Shown: positions 26,951 to 41,119, numbered from the stretch's first letter. The stretch is 64,000 nt of DNA from Marsupella aquatica (GCA_973895155.1 OZ316896.1:5275925-5339924); one strand, 5' to 3'. The notes: generated from the letters alone by a model not told the origin. Numbers and translations are program-made.

Positions 26951-29900
26951 GTGCTGGCATTTTTTACGAAGGGTTTCTAAGCTCAAACAGTGCCAGGGCC
27001 AGAGGCCGTGGGGACTGTGCTGTGGGGCTGGTCAACTTTCCAATGTATCGGAAAGATTTTCCGGTGTCAATCCTTCTTTGCCGAGTTTTTTCTTCAGGCT
27101 AGTCGAATAAATGATTGTCCTTATAAAATGATCTTGTAAGCCGAAATTCAATGACATTATAGATTTGAAAACTAATTCATAATATGGAGGTTAGGCTACC
27201 ATATTGTGTACAGGCTCTGTTCAAATTTTGATTGTATGCTTAAGAAAGCAGAGTAACCATGCTGTATTTCGACTCGCCCCTATATTGATCATTGTTTCCG
27301 AGCTGATTTATCTTTGGAATCCAAAACTAGCCTTGCTCTCAACTAGTCCCTTAAAAGTCTCACCATAATGCTGATCGAATCATGATACCAAATCGAAATC
27401 TCTTTCAAACCCACTTCCATATAAACTTGGGTAACTACTGATTCACTTGATACAGCTGGGACAATGCTGTTTGAATTTGTTTGACAATGTGGAGATCAAA
27501 AACGGATGGAAAGTAACAACCGCCTTACCAACACTTTTGGGCCTTTCTCTATCTCTCTCCTCAGATTTAGTGACCGGAACACACTGCGATGGGCATTCAC
27601 ACTGTTTATTTATTCACATTCGCATGGGAACAACGGGTCACTGGATGAATCGTTGAATTGACTCAAGCTGACCGATGAAACACATGAAACTCACAGGGAG
27701 AAAAGAGACTAGCGCTCTAGCATGATTACAAGGCTCTTCTCAATTTATGGGCGATGGATGTCATTAATTACTCTTCTCTCCCCCACCAGACTGTCCAACG
27801 GCTCGTTGGGTTCATAAGAATATGAGGAACATGAGGGATTTCCCATTTCAGCCTAACGGTGGCTTTGCTCTTGCCATGACGCACTCGAAGTTCACCAGCT
27901 CCTGTTTTGGGACCAAATGAATGTCTGTCGTGTAACAGCATCTGCTGCCGAGGTAGGTACCGATTTGACTGGTACTCAAAGTCTACATTCTACTTCAAAG
28001 ATTCTCTAATGGATTCTGTTCAGGTAAAGTAAGACGAGCATTGAAAACTTGAAGAAACTATGTAGACTATTGCTATAAGGATACAGTTGGGTCGCCAAAC
28101 GATTCATACCCTTCATCTCTTCATTCAATCTGCCACAAAGACAAGAAGTTTCAGTCAGATTTCTTGGCCAATTATTGTGGTTTCGCTATCTCAATGCAGT
28201 TGAGAGTGCTCATAAGGTTTTTGCCTCACAAGTTGAGCAAAATTATTAGTTTTTAAAAGAGGTAAACTGTATTGAAACCGTATGGGTTGTGAGAGTGAAA
28301 CTACAATACACAGCTGGATGGACAAGCGGGACGTCAGCCATCGAATTGGTTGCTGAAAGGAAAGAACATCTTATGTGATGAACTAGACTATCTACGTAAC
28401 ATCTGATTTCTGTAGAGCTGAGTGTGCAGCAAGTTCATGACAGAAGTCGGCGTTCTCACAACAATGATGATGTATGCGAGAAAGCGCCACATACGTAATT
28501 GAAACAACTTCTACAAAAAGATCCAACGCCAACACTTTTGGGAATTTGTTAACAAGGTCTTTTGAACAGAACATATGCCTGCTTTATGCCAAGCTCAAAC
28601 AAGAGGGGCGGCGGGGAACTCATTCGTGCATTCTGTGAACTACATGAGCAGGATTGCCTCTTAATTTATCTATTTGGCAGTTCCGTCTCGTCAGAAAGTG
28701 TCCCTTCAAGTTTATCACCCCCTAAGTTCTTTCTCAGGAAAACGAATGGGAATTTTTTCTCGAATCGGTGAATGGGCAGCTGTACACAATCATTACAATC
28801 ATACATGCCCGCAAGTTCGAGGATGCCAACTATTTTCGAAAACAAAGGCGAGGTTGTAATGAGGTTGTACTCAGACACGCATTTAAGAAACGATTTCCTT
28901 TCGTTGCTGAATCATTGGCTGTCACACTTGACAAAAAATAGAATTCTCAAAAGTCCATTTAAGATCGATAAACAATGGTACCGCATACTCTCCAGCTATA
29001 ACAGAAGGCAAATAGTTACCTGCTAATAAACAGTAAGCATTCCTGTTGAATTGAGATCGCCACGTGACATCGGCTACTGTCATGATGTTAGAAAACAGTC
29101 TGTCACAGGTCGCAACCCGCCTTTAAATTCCACTGATATAAAATCATTTAGGGGGATCCATCAGTCATACTGAAGAAGCTTACCGACATCTTGCACTTAC
29201 ACAGCAGCTTCAGTTTCAGAGCGCATGTGCTCAAGTGAGCTTCTACTAACCTACAAATCACGGTTCCGAGGTAAACTACTAGTACCTACGGTATTTGATT
29301 TACTTCCCGACCTTGAAATCCTCCAAAAGCAAACTTTAAGACATACAAACTCGTTGTCCTGAACCCCTCGCACATTGGTTAAATTATCGGTGCATAAAAT
29401 AATTTTTCAGTTCACGAGCATATCCCTCATACCTTGTACCCTTACGTCCAAGGTACACCACTATTTCAAGGTCTGTAAATATAGTGGAGATTCTCCAGCT
29501 TTGGCACCTATCTATCGGGTGGCAGATATCCCAATCTAAGGAAATACAGTGGGCGGAAGTTATTGGAGAACCAACTTCTGCCAAGAGAGCTCTTGGCGGT
29601 GGGGTGACAAGGAGCAGGTTGGCCCCCGTATACTCTTTTACCTGTATCTATTTGGCAACCACTGTGAACAAGGCTTAATACTCTCTTGACCCTGACCCTA
29701 TTCCTTTGCCACTCCATGAATCTCTCTCAGGCGTGCATGCGTCACCAACACTCGAGCCAGCCCAATGGAGGCTGAATGCTATCCATACATTTTATTATCC
29801 TGCTATTCAATTTCAAAGTGCTGGACACGATGTTCATGATGTAAATTGACATGCAAGAGCCCATGCTGGGGACTGGGGGGCAAGAAAGGAAAGGTACTAA

Positions 29901-31279
29901 CCTAAGACAAAGCAGACTTGAGAAAAGATAGCGGAGCAGTCAGATTCGTGGTTACAGCCCGAGCATCATCTTCAACAGCATCTCCCAATTTTAGCGTCGA
30001 TTGCAGGCTATTACTTGGAAGTCCCTCTAGTCGCTGGCTGTATTCCCATAAAGATTCAGTATCGGTCCTTCCCCCGATCGTCCCTCACAGCACTGTAATC
30101 TAAGTCTACGGTAGCTTCCTCCTCTGTCCTTAACATTCCATCTTCTGCTGCCCCTGTATCCAAAATGGCTATCCTGTCGATACAAGGCTCTCCTTCAGCG
30201 GCATACTCTACCAATTCATTGCCTTGGGCTACATCAAATGCAGACCTAGATTGAGAAGTGGCATCTCCGTCCGCGTCATCTCTTTTCCGACTCCCATCCT
30301 CCATCCTCCCTCCTCGGTCAGCTACACCCAGCTTCAAAAAGCAGCCACAAAAATAGCACAAGTCGCCCAAAATCTGCCCATAATTCTTAACACCTTCCCA
30401 CTAATCGTCTCCCAGCGCCCAATCCAATCTTGAATCTCAACATGTCCTTCTCCACATGATGCAAACCAATTACTTCCTGTTAGAACCTGAAACGACCATG
30501 AATTGGCTCTCTATACAACCCCACAGTAATGTAGGCAGCTTCCCCAAGCTTACCATTTCTGTGTCCAGTTGTCAAGCAGTTTTCCATCGTTCTTCGCACC
30601 CTGAAGTTGATGGTCTTCTTCTTGACTTTGAAGTAACTGATCTGTCACAGAACGATCTGTCTGGGAGTAGCCATTGCTGCGGGAATCGTTGGGCTTCCTG
30701 AACCCTTTATTAGAGCAACTTCTCCTGACAGGTCCCGTCCAACAATGCGTTCAACACTAAGACTGATAGTTCCACCTTCATTGACGATCCCTTCCTTTGC
30801 AATCCGCAACTCAGCGACATTTGTGCTCAAGGTGAATAATCAGAAGGCTCACCGCTAACACCCTCAGCTACTGGAGGAGTAACAGATGCCTTCGAATCCC
30901 TTCAAGATTTTTTGTGCCTTACGGAAGAGAATGCCCATCACAGGTTATGCAAGATTTGCCTCGCCCTCTCGTCATGCGACTGCATCACTGAATTGGATGC
31001 TGGTAGTATTGCTAAATTGTATAAACAAGAATCGCCATCATCAATTCTCTGAAGGGCAAACTCTGCCGACCCATCACAAAAACCAGAAAGATTGCAAGCA
31101 TGGGCGTTGAACTCTGACAGGATACTCTGTCTTCTCTTGTGTTTGAATGCTATCTTTAGTTAGAGTTCTCTGGACATTTGTTTTACTCGTGTAAAATGCT
31201 GTTGGTGTAAGTCTGAGCACTCACCACATGTCATTGTCTTAGACACCCCTTGGGGCACTTGTGATTTTTTTTTATTCTT

Positions 31280-31500
31280 GGAGAGCTACATTACCTCTCT
31301 TGTTCTAACGATACACTCCAGAATCCAGACCAAAAATATTTGCAATAAAGTTCAATAAATGCAAATACCTTCAATGAAGGAGACAGTTCTGGAGAGCTAC
31401 CTCTCTTGTTCTACCGATAGACTCCAGAGTCCAGACCAAAAATATTTTGCAATAAAGTTCAATAAATGCAAATACTTTCAATGAAGGAGACAAAGTTTGG
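31280..31500. repeat. Tandem duplication, about 110 bp x2
   Basis: tggagagctac...ctctcttgttcta...gcaataaagttcaataaatgcaaatac...tcaatgaaggagaca is present twice. Confidence 0.92.
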
Positions 31501-32174
31501 AAAGTAATGTTTTGACCACCTCCGAAAAATGACGCTCAGATGGACCATACTCTTGAACCAAGTAACCAATATGGAGCATGACACCTTTTCCACCGGCAAC
31601 ACCCTTAACAGTTCCCAATCATTTTTAACAATTGTTTTTTTTTTTTTTTTAGTTTAGCAGCAAAGCTTGACCTGCAATTTCAATATTTGCCTTGGTATCC
31701 AGCAGAATTGGCTCTTCTTGGGCTAGTTGGAAGGGTCTTGGAAAGACCATTTCAACTAGACTAAGCTCTCTAGTTTTCAGAAAGAATTGAATGTTTCTAA
31801 ATGTAACTCTCATCCCCAAGTATTTCACACTTAGAGCCAACTCGGATGTAGCAGCCCTCAACATTGTGACCCTCAGCACTCACAAAAAAGTAGTTTTGTT
31901 GCCCTCTAAAAGTGTCAAGTGCACAAGGCTGATTGTGTCCCTCCGTTGTCGCTACCCCTGAAGCTTACTCGGTGCACTTTGTTTTATGACAAAGTTCGAG
32001 GCCAGGACCTTTCCAGACCTTGCCCTTGGAACTCCAATTTTTTAAGGCCTGGCACAGGTGGCGGTTCAGGCATGTAACTATTGCTCATTTATAGGCTAGC
32101 ATGAGTCAGGTTGAGGGTTGAAATCTTCAGGGCCACTCATGCAAGCTGGCTCTTATTGGCAGCAAACTTAGACA

Positions 32175-32526
32175 TTTCAGAATGTTATTAATTATTGTAA
32201 CATTCTGAAAGAGACGAAACGAATTGTACTGACCGCTGCACAGTCAGTTGTGTAGAAGCTCGGCTGATTCAGTCATTTGAATCGTTTTTGGAGCTCGATC
32301 TTTCCTCTAACTGTAATAATTGTTGTAACATTCCAAAAGGGATGAAGACGAATTGTACTGACCGCTGCACTGCGAGTTGTATAGAAGCTCGACTGACTCA
32401 GACTTTTCAAAGGTTTGTTGAGCTCGATCTTTCCTCGAACTGTAATAATTACTGTAACATTCCGAAAGGGACGACGAAGAATTCAACTGACCGCCGCACA
32501 GTCAGTTGTATAGAAACTCGACTGAG
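32175..32526. repeat. About 129-bp tandem repeat (about 2.6 copies) starting at a 13-bp perfect inverted repeat
   Basis: gtaacatt at 32197, 32325 and 32454. tttcagaatgtta (32175-32187) is the exact reverse complement of taacattctgaaa (32198-32210). Confidence 0.9.
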
Positions 32527-32585
32527 TAAAGGGGCGAAGGATTGATGGAATAATTGTAATTGTCAATTGGAAGATGTTGTGACAT

Positions 32586-33910
32586 CCGAGTACCTATCTT
32601 GTGGTTTACGAAGATTTCATGGTGCGAAAGGTTGAACTGAATGCATATCTGGTTTAGCAAGATTTGATGGCGTAGAAGGTGCAGCAATTCACGACAGTGA
32701 GCCGACTCGAAGGAGAATTGAAGATCAAAGAAACACAGGAGATTCAGCAAGGTGATTTTTCATCAGAAGGTGCGGATCGATATCGGTCGGAGCCCTCACA
32801 GCAGCAAGTCACAGTGTAGAACACACAATCTGGCCTGATGTGGCCAGCCCCAGTTGCATTATGGATGAGGCGATGGGTCTGCGGATGATGCTTGCGGCGT
32901 CAACTGGCGGTCCTCCTATGATGGGAGTTGTGGGCACCACAAAACAATGCTTTGAGCGCTTCGGAGTACCATCTTGTGCCATATGACGTGAAGATCACGA
33001 CCGAGGTGCGATGTGGCACAGAGAGCTTCGAGTGGGACATTCCCACGGACACTAAAGGGTCCATCACAGTGGAAACCTTTGAAGATGTAAGCATCGACAC
33101 AGCAAAGAAATTCGTGGAGTATAATCTTACCATGTTCTTGGGGTCGATGGGTTGGCCTACGCCTACAACATTACCGACACCGAGCTTGTGCGAAGGGTGA
33201 AGCAGGATGTGAGAGGAGTTTTGCTCATGTATCTGTTGTTCAACCTGTATGGAACTTCAGAATGTGTTCAAGATTCCGGCAAGGCAGCTGCCTTCAACGG
33301 GATTATATCAGATGCAGACTGGGACCACTGTCTCGTGACAGCATTAACAGGGCGCTAACTTTCCTGGCTGCCCGTGGCCGCAGTAAGTATGGAACCAAGG
33401 CCATAGGATCATGCCTCCGTGCGTACTGCAATCTGTCAAAGGAGAGGTATGCCACGAAGGCTGAAAAGCGGAAATACGACTTTGTGCACAACTGTATGTA
33501 CTGGGCAGTCCACCCAGTGAATAGAACATCCTTCCTGTGCCAATTTCTAGGAAGCCACAGATGAAGGTGTTCCACGCACATTCAGGGGGTGCCAAACCTG
33601 TAGCTTTCGAGTTACCTGAACACATGCAAGTCAGAGCATAAATCTTTGTTCAACGGAGATTCTGATCGATCTTCTTCAATTTTTGACACGTATCCTTGTG
33701 AGAACATAAGGCATTATAAATTATACAGGTGATGACATCAATCCTGCGTACCTGGACTTGTGTGTTGGTTTTGTAACCTCTCAACGCTTTCGAACTTCGT
33801 AATATTAAGCTGATCGAAACAGATGTTGATGCAAATGAGTTGAACTTGATGAGGAAAGGAAAGATGGTCGGCAGCTATGGAGGTGTTCACACTGCGAGTA
33901 TAATGTAGGT
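32586..33910 (+). pseudogene. Decayed intronless ORF of unknown origin (about 440 codons), candidate endogenous viral element
   Basis: Protein-like pieces chain across frameshifts and TAG stops: ELNAYLV*QDLMA*KVQQF...; GVVGTT/NALSASEYHLVPYDVKI...; LAYAYNITDTELVRRV...; RALTFLAARGRSKYGT...YDFVHNCMYWAVHPVN...; PVAFELPEHMQVRA...; DINPAYLDLCVGFV. No splice-like AT-rich gaps and no TE domains. Confidence 0.5.
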
Positions 33911-35299
33911 TTACAGTTGAGGATTAATGTAGTACAACTGGATCGGCTATGTAGATTCGAGCTGATTATGATGAAAGCGATATGTAGATGACATCGCTTT
34001 CATCAAAATTGATTGAATCTTCAATTTTGATCCATTTTGAAGATACTATCATCTACATAGAAGGTCTGCAAGTAAATCGTCCTCTACACAGAACTAGCGA
34101 TGTCAAGAATAAAGCCCAACGAGATCGTAGAACTTCTTGAGCCTCTACAGAAATTTCATTCTCAGTGGCGAATGCTATCCTTTGAGAATGAAATGCCCAA
34201 CTTAGGTGGATCACATGACAGAGTCCTCTACCACTTCTCATGACGTGCACTCTTACAGCAAGTCAGCTAACGAAGAATTCATCCCAGCTTATGCTCCAGC
34301 CGTTTCAAAAACATAGCGTATATCTATACCAATGCTTGAGATGTTTTCTGAGCCAGAGCTAATCAAAATTTGAGAATGGACTACGGATTGGTAGGCTTTG
34401 GAGACCTCACTGTGCACCAAAATGCCTACTACTTTCAATCCAACATGAATACGGAAAGAAATTACCCAGTTCGTTTCCTGCAATCATCCGACAAGATTTG
34501 ATACTGACCATAGCTTGAAGTAATAGAACTTACGGACATAGCAGGGATAAAGCCTCTGTTACCGTTGGAGCTTTCCGCCGAATCTCTCATCCTCTCCAGA
34601 ATCCTTTAAGCTTAAGCACGGAGCCTTTCACGAAGAGCAAACACAGAGAATACTTTCGATTATACGATTATCCGATCCTAAAGCTGTAATCGACAGACTC
34701 ATGTTACAGTGCCAGCTCTCCGAACAAGGGGTGAACAAACAGAGATCTCGAAGAAAAATCTGATCCGACCATACTGACTTCTGAGACCCCCAACTGTGCC
34801 TAAATCGCTCTTGTCATCAAACTGCATGAACCTGTCCCCTGTCTTCCCCTGACCTCTGAGAGAGCGAGGTACCACGACATGGCCCAATTCACTCATCAGC
34901 ACGAACGGTTTTGACCCTTGACTATCGAAATGCGCCGAATTGTTCGAAAGCTACTTGCATCAAACTGTCCCCTGCTCTAGGGTTTACGGTTTCGAAGAGC
35001 GAGTTTCCCAATTCTCTCACCGTCCAGGTCGAATTGAAGTCTGACTACTCAAACGCATGTTGATCGATCACACCTTCACGAAGTCGTCCCAATTTTACGG
35101 CACTCTGCGAGCCTTTGGAACCATCACTCATCCCGCTCGCGCCCGAAACTTCGAATTTCAAATTCCCGGAAAGACCTCCAAAATCATTCCCCAAACCCTA
35201 ATCGAAAACCTTCATTCGATGGAAATTTGTGACATTATCACTTTCGTCCAAAGACTCTCTCACTCCGTCGTGCAGATCACCCATAAATCCCACGGCTGA

Positions 35300-35575
35300 A
35301 ATTCAAACGTCAGATCTAACGGCCACGATTGACGAGGATGAGTTTTCCCGCTCAAGTAGCTGGTGACGCGTGCTAGTTGCAGCGCCTTGTGGCCGTAGAT
35401 CTCAGAGATCGAGGACCAGGAAGCGCTGCTGTGTGCTTTCGATTTGAAATTTCAACGCAATTCGACCCTTCTCGTCTTCTCGATCCTGTGCGTGCTCTCG
35501 ACGGAAAGACTCAATCTCAGAGTTTGGCTCTCAGAGTTGATCGATCGATTGCCATTGCCATGAGAGTATAAATTA
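35300..35575 (+). promoter_or_regulatory. Histone H4 proximal promoter with cell-cycle-type motifs
   Basis: Hexamer ACGTCA (35307-35312); MSA-like AGATCTAACGG (35312-35322) with an inverted near-copy at 35389-35402; E2F consensus TTTCCCGC (35344-35351); TATAAAT (35567-35573). Confidence 0.6.
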
Positions 35576-35737
35576 TGGCCTTCGCCTGAGGACGAAACTC
35601 AGTGAGCATTCTCTCTTCTCTTCTCTAGTGCGAAGAATCCCTTTCGCAATTGGAGAAAAGCAGCTCTAGTCACTAAGTTGAGTATTCTCTGTCGCCTTTC
35701 TCGAGCTGAAGAAATTGGAGCTGATTTGCGGAGCTGA

Positions 35738-36091
<354 letters not shown>

Positions 36092-36803
36092 TCATCCTCG
36101 TTTGGTATCCTGTATATTGGCGACATCTCCGCTCCTCATCGAGAACCGTTCTGTAGGGGGTTCGAAGTTACCTACTGAGGTCTTCTCCTGTGGCCTAGAT
36201 GGATGCTGGATACGAATTGATGTGCGGGCTCTTTTCCACTGAGCGACCTCGGACTTCCCCTTTGTTTGTTTCAACGCATGTTGAAACTTCGAATCTAGTC
36301 CAGGCTAGGGGTTGAATAGCACGTAGCTTCATACTCAGTACCTGACTCTTCAACTAGGATGTCTGGAAAGACCGTGAAGTGGATCTCATGATCCTGATGT
36401 ACATATCACATTTTTGAAATTGAATGTCGATTTTCGGAACTCCCATTCCCAGCTTTTTGCTTCTACTCAGTCGCTAGTTGTTGATTCCTAGTCCATTCCC
36501 AGTCTGCTACACATTTGCTCTGCGAATGGATTCCGACTGTAATCCGATTATATGAATTGCGACATTGGAAAACGTGTCTCAGTCATCGGTCGCGCATGCA
36601 ATTAAGATGTCACATCTTTTCACATCTGGTATCTTATTAAGAATTACCAGATGGTAGTAATTAGAGTCAATCGATTTGAGCATTCTACAATCACTGGGAT
36701 GGACTATTACACGTTCGGGACTAACTTGTCAGTGCAGGATGACTGTCCTACAATGGCGCCAATAAGCCAAGTTCCCACATGTATTCGGATACTGCTGTGC
36801 AGC

Positions 36804-39800
36804 AAAGAGGCAGATGCTTTGGTAGCTGCTGGTTTCCAGAAGGTTGATGCCATGGAATCGATAGGCCCTGGTTCCTGCTTTGCCTAAACCAGTTCTTCTG
36901 CATGGTCTTGATTCTTATCGAGTAGGCGTTAGGCCTCTGTAGACGCAGTGGAGACCTTTACTTCCTTGCAGAAGTAGTCTAGTAGGGCGAATACTGAATA
37001 AACAGGAGATGTCCTGCAATTTGCACGTTACTGGTATGACTTGGTCGTTCTATAACCAGTTGAATTCAGGGATTTGTCATCTTGCAACCTCTTTTAACCG
37101 GTCTGTGCATGCCCATACCCTTCTGGGTAGTTAGGTTAGAAATTGAGACCAATTTGAATAGTAGCTACAATGTGTATTCATGAACAATTTCTGTTACGCC
37201 GGACCTGAGGAGTTGAGCTGTTGCACTTCCGGCAGAGACGAACAAAAACATTCTTTTCTCATCTGGTACCGCAGATAATGCTGAAGTGGCAACAAGATTC
37301 ACAATATTAGATCAGGTATGTGAGTGTGTAATTAGTGAAGGCAAAACGATATTCTGATCTCACTGTCAATCTTTCTGTGGGGGCAGTCTCAGCATTCTGC
37401 CGAGTTTGGTTTTACTTTGCTGTTCTGCAGGGGAGATTAACGCTAATTTCGGGGGGCATCTTTTTCCAATCAGATGTGTTGTTGACGGTTGGGGCCATAA
37501 TCATTTGAGATTTGAGATGTATTTGCATTGCCTGCTAATCTTGGGTAGATGGGGGTCCCTTGTGGATATATGCAACGCTGCTCAATGGTAGTACCATGGC
37601 TGTGTATAATGGTTCTCCCCTTGGTCGTGGATTTGCGAAGTTTGTGCAGGTTCTCCTCTGACAAATATAGTTTTTAACCTGTTGTCCCAGCTACCAGCAA
37701 GCGAGAAAACACTCTAATATGAGGGCAAACTCTAGAAGGAATTGTTGAAGAAATTTGAAATATAGGACAAAATTCTGCTTCTCTAAAAGGGAGGCCTGAC
37801 ATAACATTGGACATGTTTCAGGATGTAGGGGTTACAACACTGGCAACAGTCCGAAGCCTTGTGATGACTAGGAATTTACCAATTGTTCGCACATCCTTGA
37901 TTGGTCGAAGATTCGGTATGTGACGAGGAATAAGCGAATATCTGGGATATCTGGATACTTTCGCTGCATTACATTGCATTTCCGCTCCTGGTTATCATGA
38001 AAATAATAGCATTCAGAAATGGTTCAAGTATATCAGTATTTCAAATGTATTGGTTTCTTGCTATCATCTTGTTTCAAAAATGGCCTGCGGAGTGGCGGAA
38101 TGTAGTGCTCAATAAGGAATTCAGGATCAAAACAGCAATATTCTCATAACATAAAACAATCAGGCAACCTTCGGTAATGCATCTCCCTTCATGTGCTCCC
38201 GTAAAAGTCCCTTTATGGGGAGGGGAAGTATGGGCCCAAGGAATGAATAGGGCTCGGAAGCTGACCTAGCTACATGGGGCTCAAGGATCGGATTTTGTAT
38301 CCCGCTTGACGTTGCATATAATTGGATGGCAGGGTTAGTGATAGAGTTTGACCAATGGACTTTGACGCCGTTGTAAACTACCTTTTTACCAACCTAATCT
38401 GATTTGTGTCCCAAGATACATAATGAACCCTTCATTCCTACTATATGTTCGGTTTTTTCGTATGGATGCAAGCACTTACAATGCATTTTCTTCCGTGCCG
38501 AAGTGTCGAGTGTAGATGATGATTTGTGGCTATTTGTGACACCTGTGTTGAATGCTGTGAAGGAACGGAGCTTGCATCAGCTTAGGTTGGCAGTTCTTTT
38601 GTACCGACCTTGCATAGGCTTGTGGCTGTACCTGCATGATACTTAATATGCATAGGGCTTAGAGATATTTGATGTGGAATCGAGAAATATCTGTAAGCCC
38701 TATGATTGACTAACTTTAATGGGCATATCACCTTTAGATGGTATGGACCTTTTGCTTAATACACAGAGGTACTTGCCGTTCTGAAACTGTATGAACTCTA
38801 TGAGACTTTGTGTTCAAAGAGTTCATTTTTGCAATAATGCATCCAACGGGTGATTTAATCTCCATGCTGCAGCCACAGGATCAACCATGTGTTGGTGAAG
38901 TTGGGTAGGTCGCTGTCAACTTTGGTACCTCAAGCCGCCTACTGAATGCAGATCATGAGAAAGTTTACTTCACTGGAATGCCTAGATACAAACGAAAGGT
39001 AATCTTGCTGGAACCTTCTCACTGAAGTTACACCGCGTTTTCTAGCTCATTATCCTGTATCTTTCAAGTTCCTTTAGCCAGTAGCAAGTTTTGTCATAGC
39101 TCATATCTGACCATATTTTTTCATAGATTCACTGATTGCCACTGAATTTTTTAGATGTGAGAGACTTTAGCAATTCGGTTGCACGAGTTGCAATAAACGA
39201 GTAATGGAATCTTGTAGTTGCTCCTAAATTTCTGCTCCTAGTTTTTTGGAGAAAATGGACCGAGTTTTCAGTCCTCTAGTCCCTCACAACGAGAGCCTGA
39301 ACTCGTGCCTGCTTTTCTGGCCTTTATTCTCTGATATCGTTTATTGCAGTCGGAAGACTTGTTAAAAGTCCCTATTGGTGTTGTCACTAACTTTCCGACT
39401 TGTTAAAAGTCCCTATTGGTGTTGTCACTACACCCTTCCCCCCTCCGGGTACCGGGGTAGCCGTGGCTTATAAGAAGTGTAGAGCATGGGCAATTTGTCG
39501 TTGGGAGTTTGTAAAGTCTCTCATTTTTTAGGCTTGTTGACATGGCTTATAAGAAGTGTAGAGCATGGGCAATTTGTCGTTGGGAGTTTGTAAAGTCTCT
39601 CATTTTTTAGGCTTGTTGACATGACGTAAATGGACCCTGCTATATACAACCCATGCTTATTTTCATTTTCCTTCTGGTCCAATCACTTCTTTTGATCACT
39701 GGCTTGTATGACGAGGGAAGGGTATGGCGCTTGCAGATATTGAGGTATGGTGACCTATTTGAATGGACCCCAGGAGACTACCCTCGAGCCCATGGTCGAT

Positions 39801-40746
39801 CGCACAACACTATGAATCTACGTGGAATCAAGGTTTCTGGTGTTTCTTCTTCTTGTTCTTCTTCTTTCTTCTTCTTCTTGGCCAATTGACACATTCCCAT
39901 GTTACATTCTTTAGTTGCACCTACTAGGATGTCAACCAGACGGCTTATCCTGGATCTCTTACTTTAGTGTTGTTAAAAAGATTGAGCCTCTTCATTGAAC
40001 TAGTACAGACAATAGTTTATCTGAACTGTGAAGAATCAAGTGCAATTGCAAACCTTGAACGCTCAAACGGCATGAAAGAAAGCTTGATTGCTGACTACTT
40101 CCGGACCTTCCTGATGGAATCCCTGAAATTCATGCCCAAGTATTTTTCCTTGATACTTTCTATCTGACTTCTGTTGCAGGCAAGTGCTGTAGAGGTTGCA
40201 GGCAAGTGCTGTACTGGAAACTGCTGCTTTAGCCATATCGCCACCAGGTGGTCCAGAGCAACTCGTTATCATGGTTGTTTTGAAAGACAGGTCAGTGCCG
40301 ACAATTGACACATGCAAAAGTGCATTTTCCTTAGCTGCTCAGAAATATCTCAATCGCCAGTTCAAGGTAAGTCTACCGTAAGGAAATGAATATAGCTTAT
40401 AACGCAATGGCAGGGTAGGGTCAGTGTCAGCTGGAGATGGCCGCACCACCTCATGGTAGCTTGCAACACAAGAAACCAGTAGTCAATAGAGCACTTATGC
40501 TCTTCTTTGAAATGAGATGTGAGGAAGGTATCTTCCACATTGCTGGAACCCTCGAAGGAAACTTATTTCATGGGTGGGGCCAAAGGTTTAGTAACTTGAT
40601 CAATGGACTTGATTTCTTACAAAAGTTGCTGCTCTCTGTCTGCCTGTACAAGTGAGGAGTGGAGATTGTTCTAGAGTTAAGGCGCACAGCTTCTGCAAAG
40701 AGTTTTGAGGGCTCAACTCAAGCAAAAGGCGAGCTCGAAATTGTAG
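36804..40746 (+). pseudogene. 5'-truncated, intron-retaining pseudogene of the AAE17/18 gene at 55566-63037, in inverted orientation
   Basis: Colinear similarity to exon 4 onward and to the introns of the intact gene ([48 protein letters not shown], terminal TCG AAA TTG TAG = SKL*). Has frameshifts, stops, lost splice sites (CAG/ATAATG near 37272, TACAAG near 40650) and no counterpart of about 59000-59750. Confidence 0.92.
39356..39622. repeat. Two tandem duplications inside the AAE pseudogene
   Basis: gacttgttaaaagtccctattggtgttgtcacta x2, and a 79-bp tggcttataagaagtgtagagc...ggcttgttgaca x2. Confidence 0.92.
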
Positions 40747-41119
40747 TCTCTCACAGACCCAAAAGCATGGAAAAAATGATTGTAGTTGTCATGTCAATGC
40801 ATTGGTTAACTATCCTGTGGTTGGAGATTGAAAGTATCACTTAATTATTAGAGCATTGCTGTACAAATATTTTTAGCTTCCATTGCCATATATCAGTCAG
40901 ACTCCTTGTGAGATGCACCTATTGCAGACATATATCATGTGGATTGTCAAATTTAAAGAGCTAAGCATTGACGAATTTGCGGTGCATATTGCATAGCTTT
41001 GGTTTGCTATCCTCACTCTTAACTTTGTGATAATAAATGCAGCGAATAGGTTATTTAGTGATAATCTACTGCAAATCCAAAGACATCTTGAGTTCCACAG
41101 TCCAAAAGGGAGTGGAATG

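Noticed and set aside
28666-28878. LRR-like NLGGDKLEGTLSDE
   Set aside because: A single partial repeat with no supporting neighbours.
34466-34540. Spliced MSETNW resembling the LEUNIG N-terminus
   Set aside because: The expected EADKMLDVYI continuation is absent; likely coincidence.
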